A DNA stretch of 62,856 bases, filler included, from Eubacteriales bacterium (GCA_045636665.1; 4 parts of 3 records of this genome joined end to end with filler, not necessarily neighbours in it); one strand, 5' to 3'; shown: positions 19,522 through 29,699, numbered from the whole stretch's first letter. The notes: a model not told the origin generated them from the letters alone. A program made the numbers and translations.

Positions 19522-20139
19522 ATGGGTTATACGACCGTTAAACAGGCATCTGAATTTTATATGGTCGAACGCAAAAGCGAATTTATCGGCTATTGCACCC
19601 CCGTTACGAGCGAGGAAGAAGCGATCGCTTTTGTAAACTCGATTAAGAAAAAGCATTCCGATGCAACGCATAACGTTTATGCATACGTTCTGCGCGAGGG
19701 CTTTAAGGAACGCTTTTCCGATGACGGCGAGCCTCACGGCACTGCAGGTATGCCCGTGCTCGATTCTATTCGCAAGGCGGGACTTACCGACACTGCGGTT
19801 GTCGTTACGCGTTATTTCGGCGGCATTCTTTTGGGTACCGGCGGATTGGTTCGCGCATATACGGGCGCGGCTTGCGGCGCGATAAAGGATGCGGGAATTG
19901 CCGAGGTGGGCGATTTTGATATTGTCGAGGTGCGCTGTAACTATTCCGATTATCAAAAAATTATGCCTATGGTTTCTGCAATTTCGGCGCGTACCGAGGA
20001 CAGCGATTTCGGTACAGAGGTAAAAATGGTTCTTGCCGTTACCCAATCGGTAAGCGATAAGTTCATCGCCGATATGGTCGAAGCCACGAACGGACGTGTT
20101 ATTTCAAGCAAAATAGGCACAAAAACAGACTTTATATAA
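19522..20139 (+). CDS. YigZ/IMPACT family protein
   Basis: KSEFIG, ATHNVYAY, SDDGEPHGTAG, VTRYFGGILLGTGGLVRAY. Confidence 0.95.
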   Translation: MGYTTVKQASEFYMVERKSEFIGYCTPVTSEEEAIAFVNSIKKKHSDATHNVYAYVLREGFKERFSDDGEPHGTAGMPVLDSIRKAGLTDTAVVVTRYFGGILLGTGGLVRAYTGAACGAIKDAGIAEVGDFDIVEVRCNYSDYQKIMPMVSAISARTEDSDFGTEVKMVLAVTQSVSDKFIADMVEATNGRVISSKIGTKTDFI

Positions 20140-20141
20140 TG

Positions 20142-20169
20142 AAAAACGGCGGTTATCCGCCGTTTTTTT
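20142..20169. terminator. Bidirectional terminator
   Basis: AAAAACGGCGG-TTAT-CCGCCGTTTTT between convergent genes. Confidence 0.8.
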
Positions 20170-20938
20170 AATTTGACATCAGCTTCTTTTTCAAAGCGAG
20201 ATAATCGAAGGTGTCAATCTTTCCGTCGTCGTTGACGTCGGCAAGCCCTAACTGTCGGCTCGAAAGCTTGATTGTGTTCATAATCGCGCGCTTTATCAAA
20301 ATCGCATCGTAAACATCCAACTCGCCGTTTTGATTTACGTCGCCCTTGATGAACGGCTCCAAGCCGAAATATATCGCTATTGAAGTCGCTTCCGCAATGG
20401 CAAGCTTTCGCAGATTTTCGTCGTCCATTAACCATTTTGCCGACCTTTCGTTGGTATGGAACGAATGCTCGACAATGTAATAAAGCGGACAGTCGACGCT
20501 TCTTGCGCCGCGCATAACGCCGTAATATTCGTAATCGCCTTTTTCGCTTTTACGGGTTTTGACGTAATTATCGGCAACCTGCATACAAGCGGCAACGGTG
20601 CTTGCGAGTATTTTGCCGAGCTTGTGCGAATCGTTGACGTTGTCAAAAGGCGCATAGACCGAAACTCGGTCGGTTTTTGTATTTCCGTTGCCTGTTGCAT
20701 TGGAATGGAGCGACAAAAACAAATCGCACCCCTTTGCCAGCTTTCCGCGTTCGACGACCGCAAGGTCCTTTGCACAGCTTTTGCGTGTTTTTAAGACCTC
20801 GAAGCCCAAAACGGTCAATTCCTCTGCCAAAAATTCGCAAAGCTTCCACATTTGAACCGATTCGTAATATTCGGGCACCGACGGGCTCTGATTTCGCTTT
20901 CCGTAGTGTCCTGCGTCAAGCATAATTCTTTTTTGCAA
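20168..20938 (-). CDS. N-acetylmuramoyl-L-alanine amidase (Amidase_3) with C-terminal dockerin
   Basis: IMLDAGH, FLSLHSNA, IVEHSFHTN Zn-amidase motifs; GDVNQNGELDVYD..ADVNDDGKIDTFD dockerin; TTG start 20938 with RBS AAAGGAG. Confidence 0.9.
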   Translation of the reverse strand: MQKRIMLDAGHYGKRNQSPSVPEYYESVQMWKLCEFLAEELTVLGFEVLKTRKSCAKDLAVVERGKLAKGCDLFLSLHSNATGNGNTKTDRVSVYAPFDNVNDSHKLGKILASTVAACMQVADNYVKTRKSEKGDYEYYGVMRGARSVDCPLYYIVEHSFHTNERSAKWLMDDENLRKLAIAEATSIAIYFGLEPFIKGDVNQNGELDVYDAILIKRAIMNTIKLSSRQLGLADVNDDGKIDTFDYLALKKKLMSN

Positions 20939-21048
20939 TATAATTTCTCCTTTCTTTGTTTCTTTCTTTTGCAACCCTACAACAGAATAACAAAAAATCG
21001 CAGGACTTTCATCCCACGATTTTCTCATTAAAATCCCAACTTTTGGGT

Positions 21049-21771
21049 TTATTCTACGTCGATTCTGTATGCCTCGCCGTTGATGATGACCGTTTCATCG
21101 TCAAGCCAATTGATCATAATCGTTTCGGCGGCGTGTTCTTCGCCCTCAAAGGCAATCATTTCGGGAGCAGAGAAGCTTCCGAGCATAGCGCCGAATTCGG
21201 GCTCGGTACGTTTGACAACAACGACGGTTTTCGAGCTTATAAGCGATTCTTCAATATAAACCTCGGCAACGAAAACGTTGTTGAGCGATTCGTATTTATC
21301 GTCTAATTTGCGTTCGCTAATGGCGCCCGAAACAAGATTCCAAACGAAAATGATACAGATGACTATCGTCAAGAGCACCGCGACTATCGCAGAAATTGCC
21401 TTAAATACGCTGTCGGGCAAAAATTTAAGATATATCGCAAAAATACATCCGCAGGAGATTACCGCAAATATCAGCGAGCCGTACCATTCGCCGTCTTCAA
21501 ACGTAAATACGTTGACAATAGACAAGGGGAATGCAAATAAAATACAAATTCTTTCCCAAACTTCAAATCTCGGCTTGAAGATAAACACGGCAACGACCGC
21601 GCCGATTGCAATTACCGCTTGTAAAATGGCAATAAGCTTTTCGCTGTAAAGCGTAAATTCAAGCTCGGTCATAAATCCGATAAATTCATACAGCGGAAGG
21701 ATTGCAAAAACGACTAAAAGCGCTATCGGAATAGCCCTTAATGCGATATTTTTGATTTTGGTTGCATCCAT
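21049..21771 (-). CDS. Hypothetical membrane protein with DUF5412-like C-terminus
   Basis: About 5 TM helices then YES..AEVY..INWLDDETVIING; RBS GGAGG before ATG 21771. Confidence 0.7.
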   Translation of the reverse strand: MDATKIKNIALRAIPIALLVVFAILPLYEFIGFMTELEFTLYSEKLIAILQAVIAIGAVVAVFIFKPRFEVWERICILFAFPLSIVNVFTFEDGEWYGSLIFAVISCGCIFAIYLKFLPDSVFKAISAIVAVLLTIVICIIFVWNLVSGAISERKLDDKYESLNNVFVAEVYIEESLISSKTVVVVKRTEPEFGAMLGSFSAPEMIAFEGEEHAAETIMINWLDDETVIINGEAYRIDVE

Positions 21772-21800
21772 ACAAAGAACCTCCATAGGGTAACAACTTA

Positions 21801-23120
21801 TTATTCCTTTACTACCGAAATATATTCAATCCCGTAGTATTCGAAGCATTTGAGCGTATCGCCGCAAATCCGTTCGCCGCACACCGCAATAGGTACTGCG
21901 GGCGGGCAGGCAATATTGAATTGCGCGACGGTTCTGCCCAAGCTGTTTTTTGTTTCGACAATTTCGCTTTCGCTAAAGATTACATCGCGTAACGGCATAA
22001 CCTTTTCTCCGATGGGTATCATCGGGGCAGGTTCGATAATTGCTTCGCGTCTTTCAACCGATTTAAGAAGCTTGACCGCGTTGCTTATATCCGAAATGCC
22101 GTTTTCGGGGGTGAGCATAAAAACGATATGGTCCTTATCGGCAAATTCGCAATAAAGCTTGGCTTTTTCAAGCTCTTTCGCAAGCTCAAAGCCGTAATAT
22201 CCATAGCTTTTCGGCTTGATAACGATTTTCAATTCTTCATCGCCGACGATTTCAAAGCCGAAGCCTTGAAGCTCGAGCTTTGCATCGCGTATAAGCGAAA
22301 CGCAATCGTCCAAACGCTCCTTGAAGCCGTTTTCGATATATCGGTTCGCAAGGTCAAGCGACGCAAGGATAAGATAAGAAGGACTTGTCGAGCCGAAAAG
22401 CGAAAGCGCGTTTTTTGCGTTGCTTTTAAACAAATCGGGCGCGTTTTTCGAAATATGCAAGTAAGCTCCGCCGGTGAGCACGGGGAGAGTTTTGTGCGCC
22501 GAATCACAGCACATATCCGCGCCAAGGTCGATCGGGTGAGCCGATTCGGGCAAAAATTTGCGGTATGCTCCGTGAGCGTTATCGACAAAAAGATAGGCGT
22601 TGTGTTTTTTACATACCGATGAAATTGCGGCAATATCGCAAGTGCTTCCGAGATAATCGGGCGAGGTAAGGAACACCGCGCAGCTTTCGTCTTCTTCGGA
22701 AATGGCGGTTTCAACGGCTTTTGCGGTGATCAGCCCCGAAAGAAACTCTTTGCTTTCGGGATAGAGCCATATCGGCTCGATACCGTTAAGCGCGCAGGCG
22801 CTTATAAACGATTTGTGAGCATTGCGGGAAGCAAAAATCCTTTTACAGCCGTAAAGCCTCATCAAATATACAGCCGCGCGGATGCAATGCGACGAGCCCT
22901 CCGTTGAATAAAAGGTATGCGCTCCGAACAAATCGGATGCATTTTTTTCGCTTTCGGCAATAATACCGCTTGCCTCAAAAAGGCTGTCGGCGCCGCTTAT
23001 TTCGGTAATATCGAAATTTTCACAGCCCAAAAAGCTTTTTCCTTTATGTCCCGGCATATGCAACCGTAAGGCGCCGCTATGATTATATTTTTCAATAAAA
23101 TCAAATATCGGCGTATTCAT
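21801..23120 (-). CDS. Orn/Lys/Arg decarboxylase (PLP-dependent)
   Basis: MNTPI, LHMPGHKG, DITEI, RNAHKS, VDNAHG, SAHKTLP (PLP Lys), STSPSY, CPPAVP; ATG overlaps the scfB stop. Confidence 0.92.
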   Translation of the reverse strand: MNTPIFDFIEKYNHSGALRLHMPGHKGKSFLGCENFDITEISGADSLFEASGIIAESEKNASDLFGAHTFYSTEGSSHCIRAAVYLMRLYGCKRIFASRNAHKSFISACALNGIEPIWLYPESKEFLSGLITAKAVETAISEEDESCAVFLTSPDYLGSTCDIAAISSVCKKHNAYLFVDNAHGAYRKFLPESAHPIDLGADMCCDSAHKTLPVLTGGAYLHISKNAPDLFKSNAKNALSLFGSTSPSYLILASLDLANRYIENGFKERLDDCVSLIRDAKLELQGFGFEIVGDEELKIVIKPKSYGYYGFELAKELEKAKLYCEFADKDHIVFMLTPENGISDISNAVKLLKSVERREAIIEPAPMIPIGEKVMPLRDVIFSESEIVETKNSLGRTVAQFNIACPPAVPIAVCGERICGDTLKCFEYYGIEYISVVKE

Positions 23121-24502
23121 TATATATCGCCCAATGCCCTTGCGACCGCAACCGAAATGGCGCATTCCATTCTTTTGCGGAACAAGCGGCAGCCGTATTC
23201 GTAAATTCCCTTTACCGAGCCGGTTGCGTGGTATGCGTTTGCGGCGCATCCGCCCGAGCAGTAAAGCTTTGCCCAACAGTCCTTGCAGTCCTTACGGGCA
23301 TAAACGTTACAGCTTTCGAATTCGTTTTGAATTTCAAAATTGGAAACACCGTTCCAAATATCGCCGAGCTTAAACTTTTCGTCGCCGACGAATTGGTGGC
23401 AGGGATAAAGGTCACCCCAAGGAGTTACCGCCATATATTCGGTACCCGAGCCGCAACCAGAAATACGCTTGTAAATGCAGGGGCCGCCCGAAAGGTCGAT
23501 CATATAGTGATAGAAGGTAAAGGGCTTGCCTTCCTTTTCGCGCTTTATCATAAGCTCGGAAAGCTTTTCGTATTGGTCGAAAAGAATGGGCATATCCGAT
23601 TCAAGCAATTCACCCTCGTCACCCGAAGCGCAAACGACCGGCTCCATGCTCAATTCGGTAAAGCCGAGGTCGAGCATAGCTTGGATATCCTTCAAGAAAT
23701 CGGGGTTTGCGTGGGTAAAGGTGCCGCGCATATAATAGTCCTTGTGTCCTCTTGCATCAACAAGCTTTTGGAACTTGGGGACTATCTTGTCAAAGCTTCC
23801 GTTGCCTGCATAGTCAACACGGAAGCGGTCGTGGATTTCTTTTCTGCCGTCGAGCGAAAGCACGACGTTGCTCATTTCGCGGTTCGCAAAATCGATAACG
23901 TCATCGTCGATAAGCACGCCATTTGTGGTAAGGGTGAAACGGAAATTCTTGTTCTTTTCCTTTTCGATGCTTCTTGCATAAGCCACCAACTGCTTAACGA
24001 CTTCAAAATTCATCAAGGGCTCGCCGCCGAAGAAGTCAACCTCCAAATTACGGCGTGTGCCCGAATTTTCAACAAGAAAATCAAGAGCGCGTTTGCCCGT
24101 TTCAAAGCTCATCAAAGCGCGTTCGCCGTGATATTTGCCCTGACTTGCAAAGCAATACGAGCAATTGAGGTTGCAGGTATGCGCGATATGTAAGCAAAGC
24201 GCTTTAACAACGCCCGAGGTCTTTCTTTTAAGCTCGCCTGCCATAGGGGCAAAGGTATCGGGCACGAAAAGCTTGCCGCTTTCCTTAAGCTCGGTCACTT
24301 GGTCATAGCATTCTTCGATATCTTCCTTGGTAACGTCACCGCCCAAAAGATATTTTTCGCACATTGCGTTAATTATTGCTTCTTTGCTTTCGGTTTCATA
24401 AACCGAAATAATATCGTAGGCGATATCATCAACCGCGTGTACCGCGCCCGAGCAAATATCAAGAACTATATTGTATCCGTTTAATTTATATTGGTGGATC
24501 AT
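23120..24502 (-). CDS. scfB: Thioether cross-link-forming SCIFF radical SAM/SPASM maturase
   Basis: CNLNCSYC radical SAM motif, DFFGGEP, SPASM GCGSG..YPCHQF..C..C..YCSGGC; adjacent to scfA. Confidence 0.96.
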   Translation of the reverse strand: MIHQYKLNGYNIVLDICSGAVHAVDDIAYDIISVYETESKEAIINAMCEKYLLGGDVTKEDIEECYDQVTELKESGKLFVPDTFAPMAGELKRKTSGVVKALCLHIAHTCNLNCSYCFASQGKYHGERALMSFETGKRALDFLVENSGTRRNLEVDFFGGEPLMNFEVVKQLVAYARSIEKEKNKNFRFTLTTNGVLIDDDVIDFANREMSNVVLSLDGRKEIHDRFRVDYAGNGSFDKIVPKFQKLVDARGHKDYYMRGTFTHANPDFLKDIQAMLDLGFTELSMEPVVCASGDEGELLESDMPILFDQYEKLSELMIKREKEGKPFTFYHYMIDLSGGPCIYKRISGCGSGTEYMAVTPWGDLYPCHQFVGDEKFKLGDIWNGVSNFEIQNEFESCNVYARKDCKDCWAKLYCSGGCAANAYHATGSVKGIYEYGCRLFRKRMECAISVAVARALGDI

Positions 24503-24589
24503 AAAATGCCTCTAAAAGTATTCACGAGTATTTTGACGATGCAGTAACGAAAATCTGCGCTTGAAAATATAATGCTTCGGCTATTGAAA

Positions 24590-24616
24590 AAGTGCCGCCA
24601 ATGCGGCGGCACTTTC
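24590..24616 (-). terminator. Stem-loop between scfA and scfB (terminator or stabiliser)
   Basis: AAGTGCCGCC/GGCGGCACTT stem with minus-strand T tract. Confidence 0.65.
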
Positions 24617-24628
24617 CGTTAAACGTTT

Positions 24629-24781
24629 TTATTTGCTTTCCTTGTTGCTTTCGCACTTTTGGTTAGCGATGCCGCAAGAGGTCTTGCAAGCCGATTGGCA
24701 GGAGGTTTGGCATTCGCCGCAGCCGCCGTTCTTTGCGCTTTCGCAAAGGTTGCGAGTTTCGATAGTCTTGATATGTTTCAT
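24629..24781 (-). CDS. scfA: SCIFF ranthipeptide precursor
   Basis: MKHIKT..GGCGECQTSCQSACKTSC..NQKC; RBS GGAGG. Confidence 0.96.
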   Translation of the reverse strand: MKHIKTIETRNLCESAKNGGCGECQTSCQSACKTSCGIANQKCESNKESK

Positions 24782-24859
24782 AATAATATTCCTCCGAATT
24801 TTTATTCGATTAATTATACAACAAATATTCAAGCAAGTCAACACTTTATTTCAAAAAAC

Positions 24860-27418
24860 TTACTCTTTGCCTTCTCCGTTGTATCTCTTTGGCATATGCG
24901 CATTCTTCGGGCGAGTGCTTTTGCGTCTGATTCCGACACAAACGGCAACGATTGCACCGATAAGCGTTGCGCCTACGAAAATATAGATCAATATATCGCC
25001 GAATCCGATACCGCTTTCTTCGATGATTTCGATATCCGAAGCATCGCTTTCGTTAACCGTTCCTTCCTCGGAAACGTCAACGGAAATTTCGTTTTCGGGA
25101 GTGGAAATTTCGTCCTCGGGTTTCGAAACGTCTTCCTCGAACGGGTTTGAAACGTCGGGAGGAAGCTCGGCTTTTTTGATTTTGTGAAGAAGGGCAAGCT
25201 TTGTGACCGTTTCAAAATCTCTTACGACCGAGCGCTTTGCCGAAGAAGCGGCAAACAGCATTGCCATATCGCTTTCAAGCGTTTTTGCTTCGTCGTGGCT
25301 TAACGCGCCGTTGCTTAATTCCATCATCGCTTCGTTTATTTTCAAAAGCGCTTGCGTTGCGGTAGCCTCGTCACATCCGCCGTAGGGAAGGATGCGGTCG
25401 CTGATTTTGGATTTTGCAAATTCGAGAATCATCTTCATTGCATAACCCGTGCCCTGCAAGGGTGAAACCGAATCACCCGACAAAATACCGTCGTTCAAGA
25501 CCTTGCTTGTTCCGAGCGAGGTGAATTGCTCCAAGCTGCCGAAAACGCATCCGTTTGAGCCGATATTGCGCGATTCGTTTATTGCTTTTATAAGCAAATC
25601 CGTACCGACCGACATATCGAGCGCGGTGAAAAGGAACTTTTCGTTTTCGGTGTAAGCGCCGACAAGCGCACCCTTTTCGGTTACGAAGCCGTCGGCATAT
25701 CCGAGGTCGTCAATGGGATCGTTTTCGTCAATATCGCTTTCGTAAAGCTCAAGGCAAAGACCGTCGAAAATATCCTCTTCGATCCAAGCGATCGAATCCT
25801 GCATATAAAAGTAATCGACGGTATCGCGCGCCGCAACGGCGATAAGAGTCACGTCAGTGCGTGTTTCCTTTACCGCATCCGAAACGCTTTTTGCCATTTC
25901 GGTAACGAGCGACTTGCGGTATTCAACCCAATTTGCCCAATGGGGAGAATCAAACAAAAGGTTGGAGATTTCATAAGCCTCTTCCTTGGGTACGCCGTAT
26001 TTTACGGCAAACTCATCGAGCGTTTTGAAATCGTAGCCGAAATCGGTTTCTTCGTGGAATTTGGGATAGCGGAGATGGTCGAGCATTATATTCTTCACGT
26101 CATACTTCGAAACGATATATTTCACGTATTTTGTGAAATATTCGCGGAATTCGACCGAGGAGGGCGAATAATATTTAATGGAAATACCCTCGTCACCGCT
26201 GTTGGTTTCGCTCATCCAACCGGGAGAAGCGATGGAAGCATATTCGTTATAATAAACGTCGACGGTAAGAACGAGCGCGATATTTTCTTCCTCGCAAACG
26301 TCGATATACGCCTTTAAAACATCAAAACCGCCGAAATGGGGGTCTTGCTCGAATTTATCGTTTTCGGGCAGAGGTATTATCGTGCGGTATCCGTTGGAGG
26401 TGCGAAGAAAGACGGTGTTCAAGCCGTTCGATTTTATGCTTTGAACGGTGTTTCGTACCTCGTTAATATCCTGCTCGCGCGGGGTGTGGAAAACGCCCCT
26501 TAATTCCGAGGGCACGAGAGAATAACATTTATCGGTTATTTCGGTCGATATAGCTTCAACGATTTCGATTATATCGGCATAATTATTCGTTGTTACGATT
26601 TTTTCGCCCAATTCGGTTGCCGCATTGTCAAGCGAATCGAAATCGACGTCGTCATAAGCCATTTTTGCGTTATAAATAGCCGTTTGCGCATTTAAAAGCA
26701 GGGTTTCCGCGGTGCGCTTAAGCATCGTTTGGTTATAGGTAAAGGTTGCAACACCGTCAACAACGGCGCAATTTGCTCCTACGGGCGCATAGGACATAAG
26801 CAGTGCGGCATCGTTTTGGGTTGCGGCGGAAACGATAAATCCGCCTTCGGGCGCGACCGCATTGCCTCCGCGGTAAATGACGGTGCCGTTTGCATCGACC
26901 GCAACGTCAAGCGTATAGGTTACGGCGCCCGTAACAAGGGGATTGGAGATTTGGTAATTACCAACGCCTTCGACCTTGATTTCTTTTGTGAAATAGGGGT
27001 CGAATTTGCCGTTTGCATCGCAAATGAACAGCTTTTGGTTATAGCCGTCATAAAACAAACGGGTGCCTGCCGTTACGTTGTCCTTGAACCATTGCACCTT
27101 AACGCCGGTTGCCGAAATGACCATTCCGCCTTCGGGGACGGCAAGATTTTCACCCTCGGAAAGTCCGCCCTCAATGATATTCGTAACAACTCCGTTTGCA
27201 TCAATCACAACGTCGTGTCCCCAAAGCGTTTGCTCGGTCGATTCGACACCGTAATATACGACAGCCATATTAATTCCGCGTGTGATATTTTCGCCGTCGA
27301 TAAAAATCCAATTTTCTCCTTCTGCGGCAAATGCAACCGTATTACCGAAAAATACGATGGGCAACAGCATTGCAAAAACGATTGCCGCGCAAAGAAATTT
27401 CAAAGCATATTTCGTCAT
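24860..27418 (-). CDS. Secreted, membrane-anchored glycoside hydrolase-like (GHL10-type) protein
   Basis: Signal peptide; ELRGVFH, GLNTVF, FDVLKAYI, IMLDHLRYP, YMQDS; acidic Pro linker and C-terminal TM with basic tail. Confidence 0.75.
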   Translation of the reverse strand: MTKYALKFLCAAIVFAMLLPIVFFGNTVAFAAEGENWIFIDGENITRGINMAVVYYGVESTEQTLWGHDVVIDANGVVTNIIEGGLSEGENLAVPEGGMVISATGVKVQWFKDNVTAGTRLFYDGYNQKLFICDANGKFDPYFTKEIKVEGVGNYQISNPLVTGAVTYTLDVAVDANGTVIYRGGNAVAPEGGFIVSAATQNDAALLMSYAPVGANCAVVDGVATFTYNQTMLKRTAETLLLNAQTAIYNAKMAYDDVDFDSLDNAATELGEKIVTTNNYADIIEIVEAISTEITDKCYSLVPSELRGVFHTPREQDINEVRNTVQSIKSNGLNTVFLRTSNGYRTIIPLPENDKFEQDPHFGGFDVLKAYIDVCEEENIALVLTVDVYYNEYASIASPGWMSETNSGDEGISIKYYSPSSVEFREYFTKYVKYIVSKYDVKNIMLDHLRYPKFHEETDFGYDFKTLDEFAVKYGVPKEEAYEISNLLFDSPHWANWVEYRKSLVTEMAKSVSDAVKETRTDVTLIAVAARDTVDYFYMQDSIAWIEEDIFDGLCLELYESDIDENDPIDDLGYADGFVTEKGALVGAYTENEKFLFTALDMSVGTDLLIKAINESRNIGSNGCVFGSLEQFTSLGTSKVLNDGILSGDSVSPLQGTGYAMKMILEFAKSKISDRILPYGGCDEATATQALLKINEAMMELSNGALSHDEAKTLESDMAMLFAASSAKRSVVRDFETVTKLALLHKIKKAELPPDVSNPFEEDVSKPEDEISTPENEISVDVSEEGTVNESDASDIEIIEESGIGFGDILIYIFVGATLIGAIVAVCVGIRRKSTRPKNAHMPKRYNGEGKE

Positions 27419-28251
27419 ATTTCAACTACCATTCCGTCGTAAGACGTGATAAATCCAAGTGTGAGTGCCTTTTCGCAAAGCTCGTCGTGTAAAAGCATAC
27501 CGTTGTGTGAAAAGTGATTTACTGCGTGTACCGTGTTTTCATCGGTAACACCGATTTTTGCAAGACGGTCTTTTACTAAGGGCACACTGTCAAGTCCCAT
27601 ATGTCCGCCGCCCGAGGGGAGCGCGACAAAGGTGCAATCGTAGCTGACCATATCTGCGTGGATTTTATTCTTTTCAAGGTAGTCGTAAACCTCGTCAAAG
27701 GGAAGTCCCGTATCGTGCAGATAAAGAAGCGTCTTTTCGCCGTCGTTTATAAGGTAAACAAAGGGAGTTTCCTTCGGTGCGTGGAATGCAGGCAGGGGAG
27801 TAACGGTATATTTTCCGACGGTAATCGCTTCGTAAGCCTTGATTTCGGTAACGGTAACGGCAGGCGCGGATTCCTCCTCGCCGAGCTTACCGACGAAATG
27901 CTCGAAGCGGTTAATCACCGCTTTGTTGCCGTAAATGTTGAGTATCGGCTCGACCATATTGTGAGCATAGCAGCTTTCAAAGCGCATGCAAAGGTCTGTC
28001 GGCTCGAAATGGTCGATATGCGAATGAGTCACAAAGCAGTATTTTACCTTTGAAAGGTCGATGCCCGTACGAAGCATATGGTTATAAGTATCGGCAGGGA
28101 AGTCGATAAGAAAATCCTCGTTTATAAGCGTTTGCGAGCGTGTGCGGATGTTTTTGCCGCCAAGCTCCTTTGCGCGGATGCAATATTCGCAATTGCAAAA
28201 CATTGCGGGCCAGCCCTCTGCCGCCGCAGTGCCGAGATAGGTTATTTTCAT
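27415..28251 (-). CDS. MBL-fold metallo-hydrolase (PhnP-like)
   Basis: YLGTAAAEGWP..CNC..C, THSHIDH, LHDTG, NHFSHN. Confidence 0.88.
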   Translation of the reverse strand: MKITYLGTAAAEGWPAMFCNCEYCIRAKELGGKNIRTRSQTLINEDFLIDFPADTYNHMLRTGIDLSKVKYCFVTHSHIDHFEPTDLCMRFESCYAHNMVEPILNIYGNKAVINRFEHFVGKLGEEESAPAVTVTEIKAYEAITVGKYTVTPLPAFHAPKETPFVYLINDGEKTLLYLHDTGLPFDEVYDYLEKNKIHADMVSYDCTFVALPSGGGHMGLDSVPLVKDRLAKIGVTDENTVHAVNHFSHNGMLLHDELCEKALTLGFITSYDGMVVEI

Positions 28252-28389
28252 TTTCGCAACCATCCTTTTTTTAAAAACTATTGCAAATCTATACAACATA
28301 TATTATAATGTGCATCGATGCAAATTTCAAGTGAAAATACCGCTTATTTTGGCAACTTGAAAAAAAGTTTAAAAATTCTGAAAAAGGTA

Positions 28390-28418
28390 TTGCATTTTTT
28401 AAAAACTCGTGATATACT
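28390..28418 (+). promoter_or_regulatory. Sigma-A promoter for rpmE
   Basis: TTGCAT-17 nt-TATACT. Confidence 0.6.
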
Positions 28419-28476
28419 TTAGTGTGCGAATTATTGGAGCTTTGCTCCTTATCATACGAAAGAGAGGAATTTTAAT

Positions 28477-28677
28477 ATGAAACAGGGCGTACATCCCGAT
28501 TACAAGACCACTACTATCAAGTGTGCTTGTGGCGCAGAATACGTTACCAAGTCCGTAAAGGATAACGTTAAGGTTGATATTTGTTCTAAATGCCATCCGT
28601 TCTTCACCGGTAAGCAAAAGTTTGTAGATGCAGGCGGACGCGTTGATAAGTTCAAGAAGAAGTTCAACCTCGACTAA
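28477..28677 (+). CDS. rpmE: 50S ribosomal protein L31 (zinc-binding type)
   Basis: [30 protein letters not shown]. Confidence 0.97.
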   Translation: MKQGVHPDYKTTTIKCACGAEYVTKSVKDNVKVDICSKCHPFFTGKQKFVDAGGRVDKFKKKFNLD

Positions 28678-28749
28678 TTGTAGCTTATTTCGAAACACAA
28701 CGGCACTCTTTTTGGGTGCCGTTTGTTTTTTGTTGAAGAAGGTGTTTTT

Positions 28750-29699
28750 ATGGCTGAAAACCTCAATATTACAGATGAGCTTAAAAACAAGGGCGGCCGC
28801 GCCCTTCTCGTTTCGGTTTCGACGACCGACAGCGCGGACGAATGTATGCGCTCGCTTGACGAGCTTGCGCGCTTGCTTGAAACGGCAGGCGGAAGCGAAG
28901 CGGCGCGCGTCGTTCAAAACCGTGTAAGCCCCGATAAAGCGACTTATATCGGAAGCGGCAAGGTTTTGGAAATTGCCGAATTTATCCGTAACGACGGCGA
29001 TATTTCGCTCGTCATTTTCGATAACGAGCTTACACCCTCGCAAATTGCCAATCTTGAGCGCGAAATCGAGGGCGCAAGAGTTATCGACCGCACGATGCTT
29101 ATTCTCGATATTTTTGCGCTTCACGCGGTTACGGGAGAGGGTAAGCTTCAGGTCGAAATCGCTTGTCTTCGCTATACCGCGCCCCGTCTTACCGGCAGAG
29201 GTAAGGAGCTTTCGCGTCTTGGCGGCGGTATCGGTACGAGAGGCCCCGGCGAATCGAAGCTTGAAAGCGACAGACGTCACATTAAGCGCCGTATTGCCGC
29301 GCTTTCCGAGGAAATTGCCGAAATCGAGCGCACTCGCAACGTAAAGCGCGCAACTCGCTTGCGTTCGGGAATCAAATCAGCCGCTATTATCGGATATACG
29401 AACGCGGGTAAATCGACACTGCTTAACACCTTGACCGATGCGGGCATACTTGCCGAGGACAAGCTTTTTGCAACGCTTGACCCGACGACTCGCCGTCTTG
29501 CACTTCCGAGCGGTGCCGAGATGCTGCTTACCGACACGGTCGGTTTTATCGACCGCTTGCCGACACACCTTGTAAAAGCGTTTAAATCGACTCTTGAAGA
29601 GCTGAAATATGCCGATTATATTATAAATATCACCGATGCGAGCGAGGAATTGACCGAGCGCGAAAGAAAACGCGACGTTACAAAACAGCTTATATCGGA
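28750..29699 (+). CDS. hflX: GTPase HflX (truncated by contig end)
   Basis: GIGTRGPGESKLE, GYTNAGKST, DKLFATLD, DTVGFI. Confidence 0.95.

Noticed and set aside
23121..23276. N-terminal extensions given by the ORF track (also nusA, spoVT, amidase, scfA, cobB)
   Set aside because: They overlap upstream genes or promoters. RBS position and family N-termini support the shorter starts used here.
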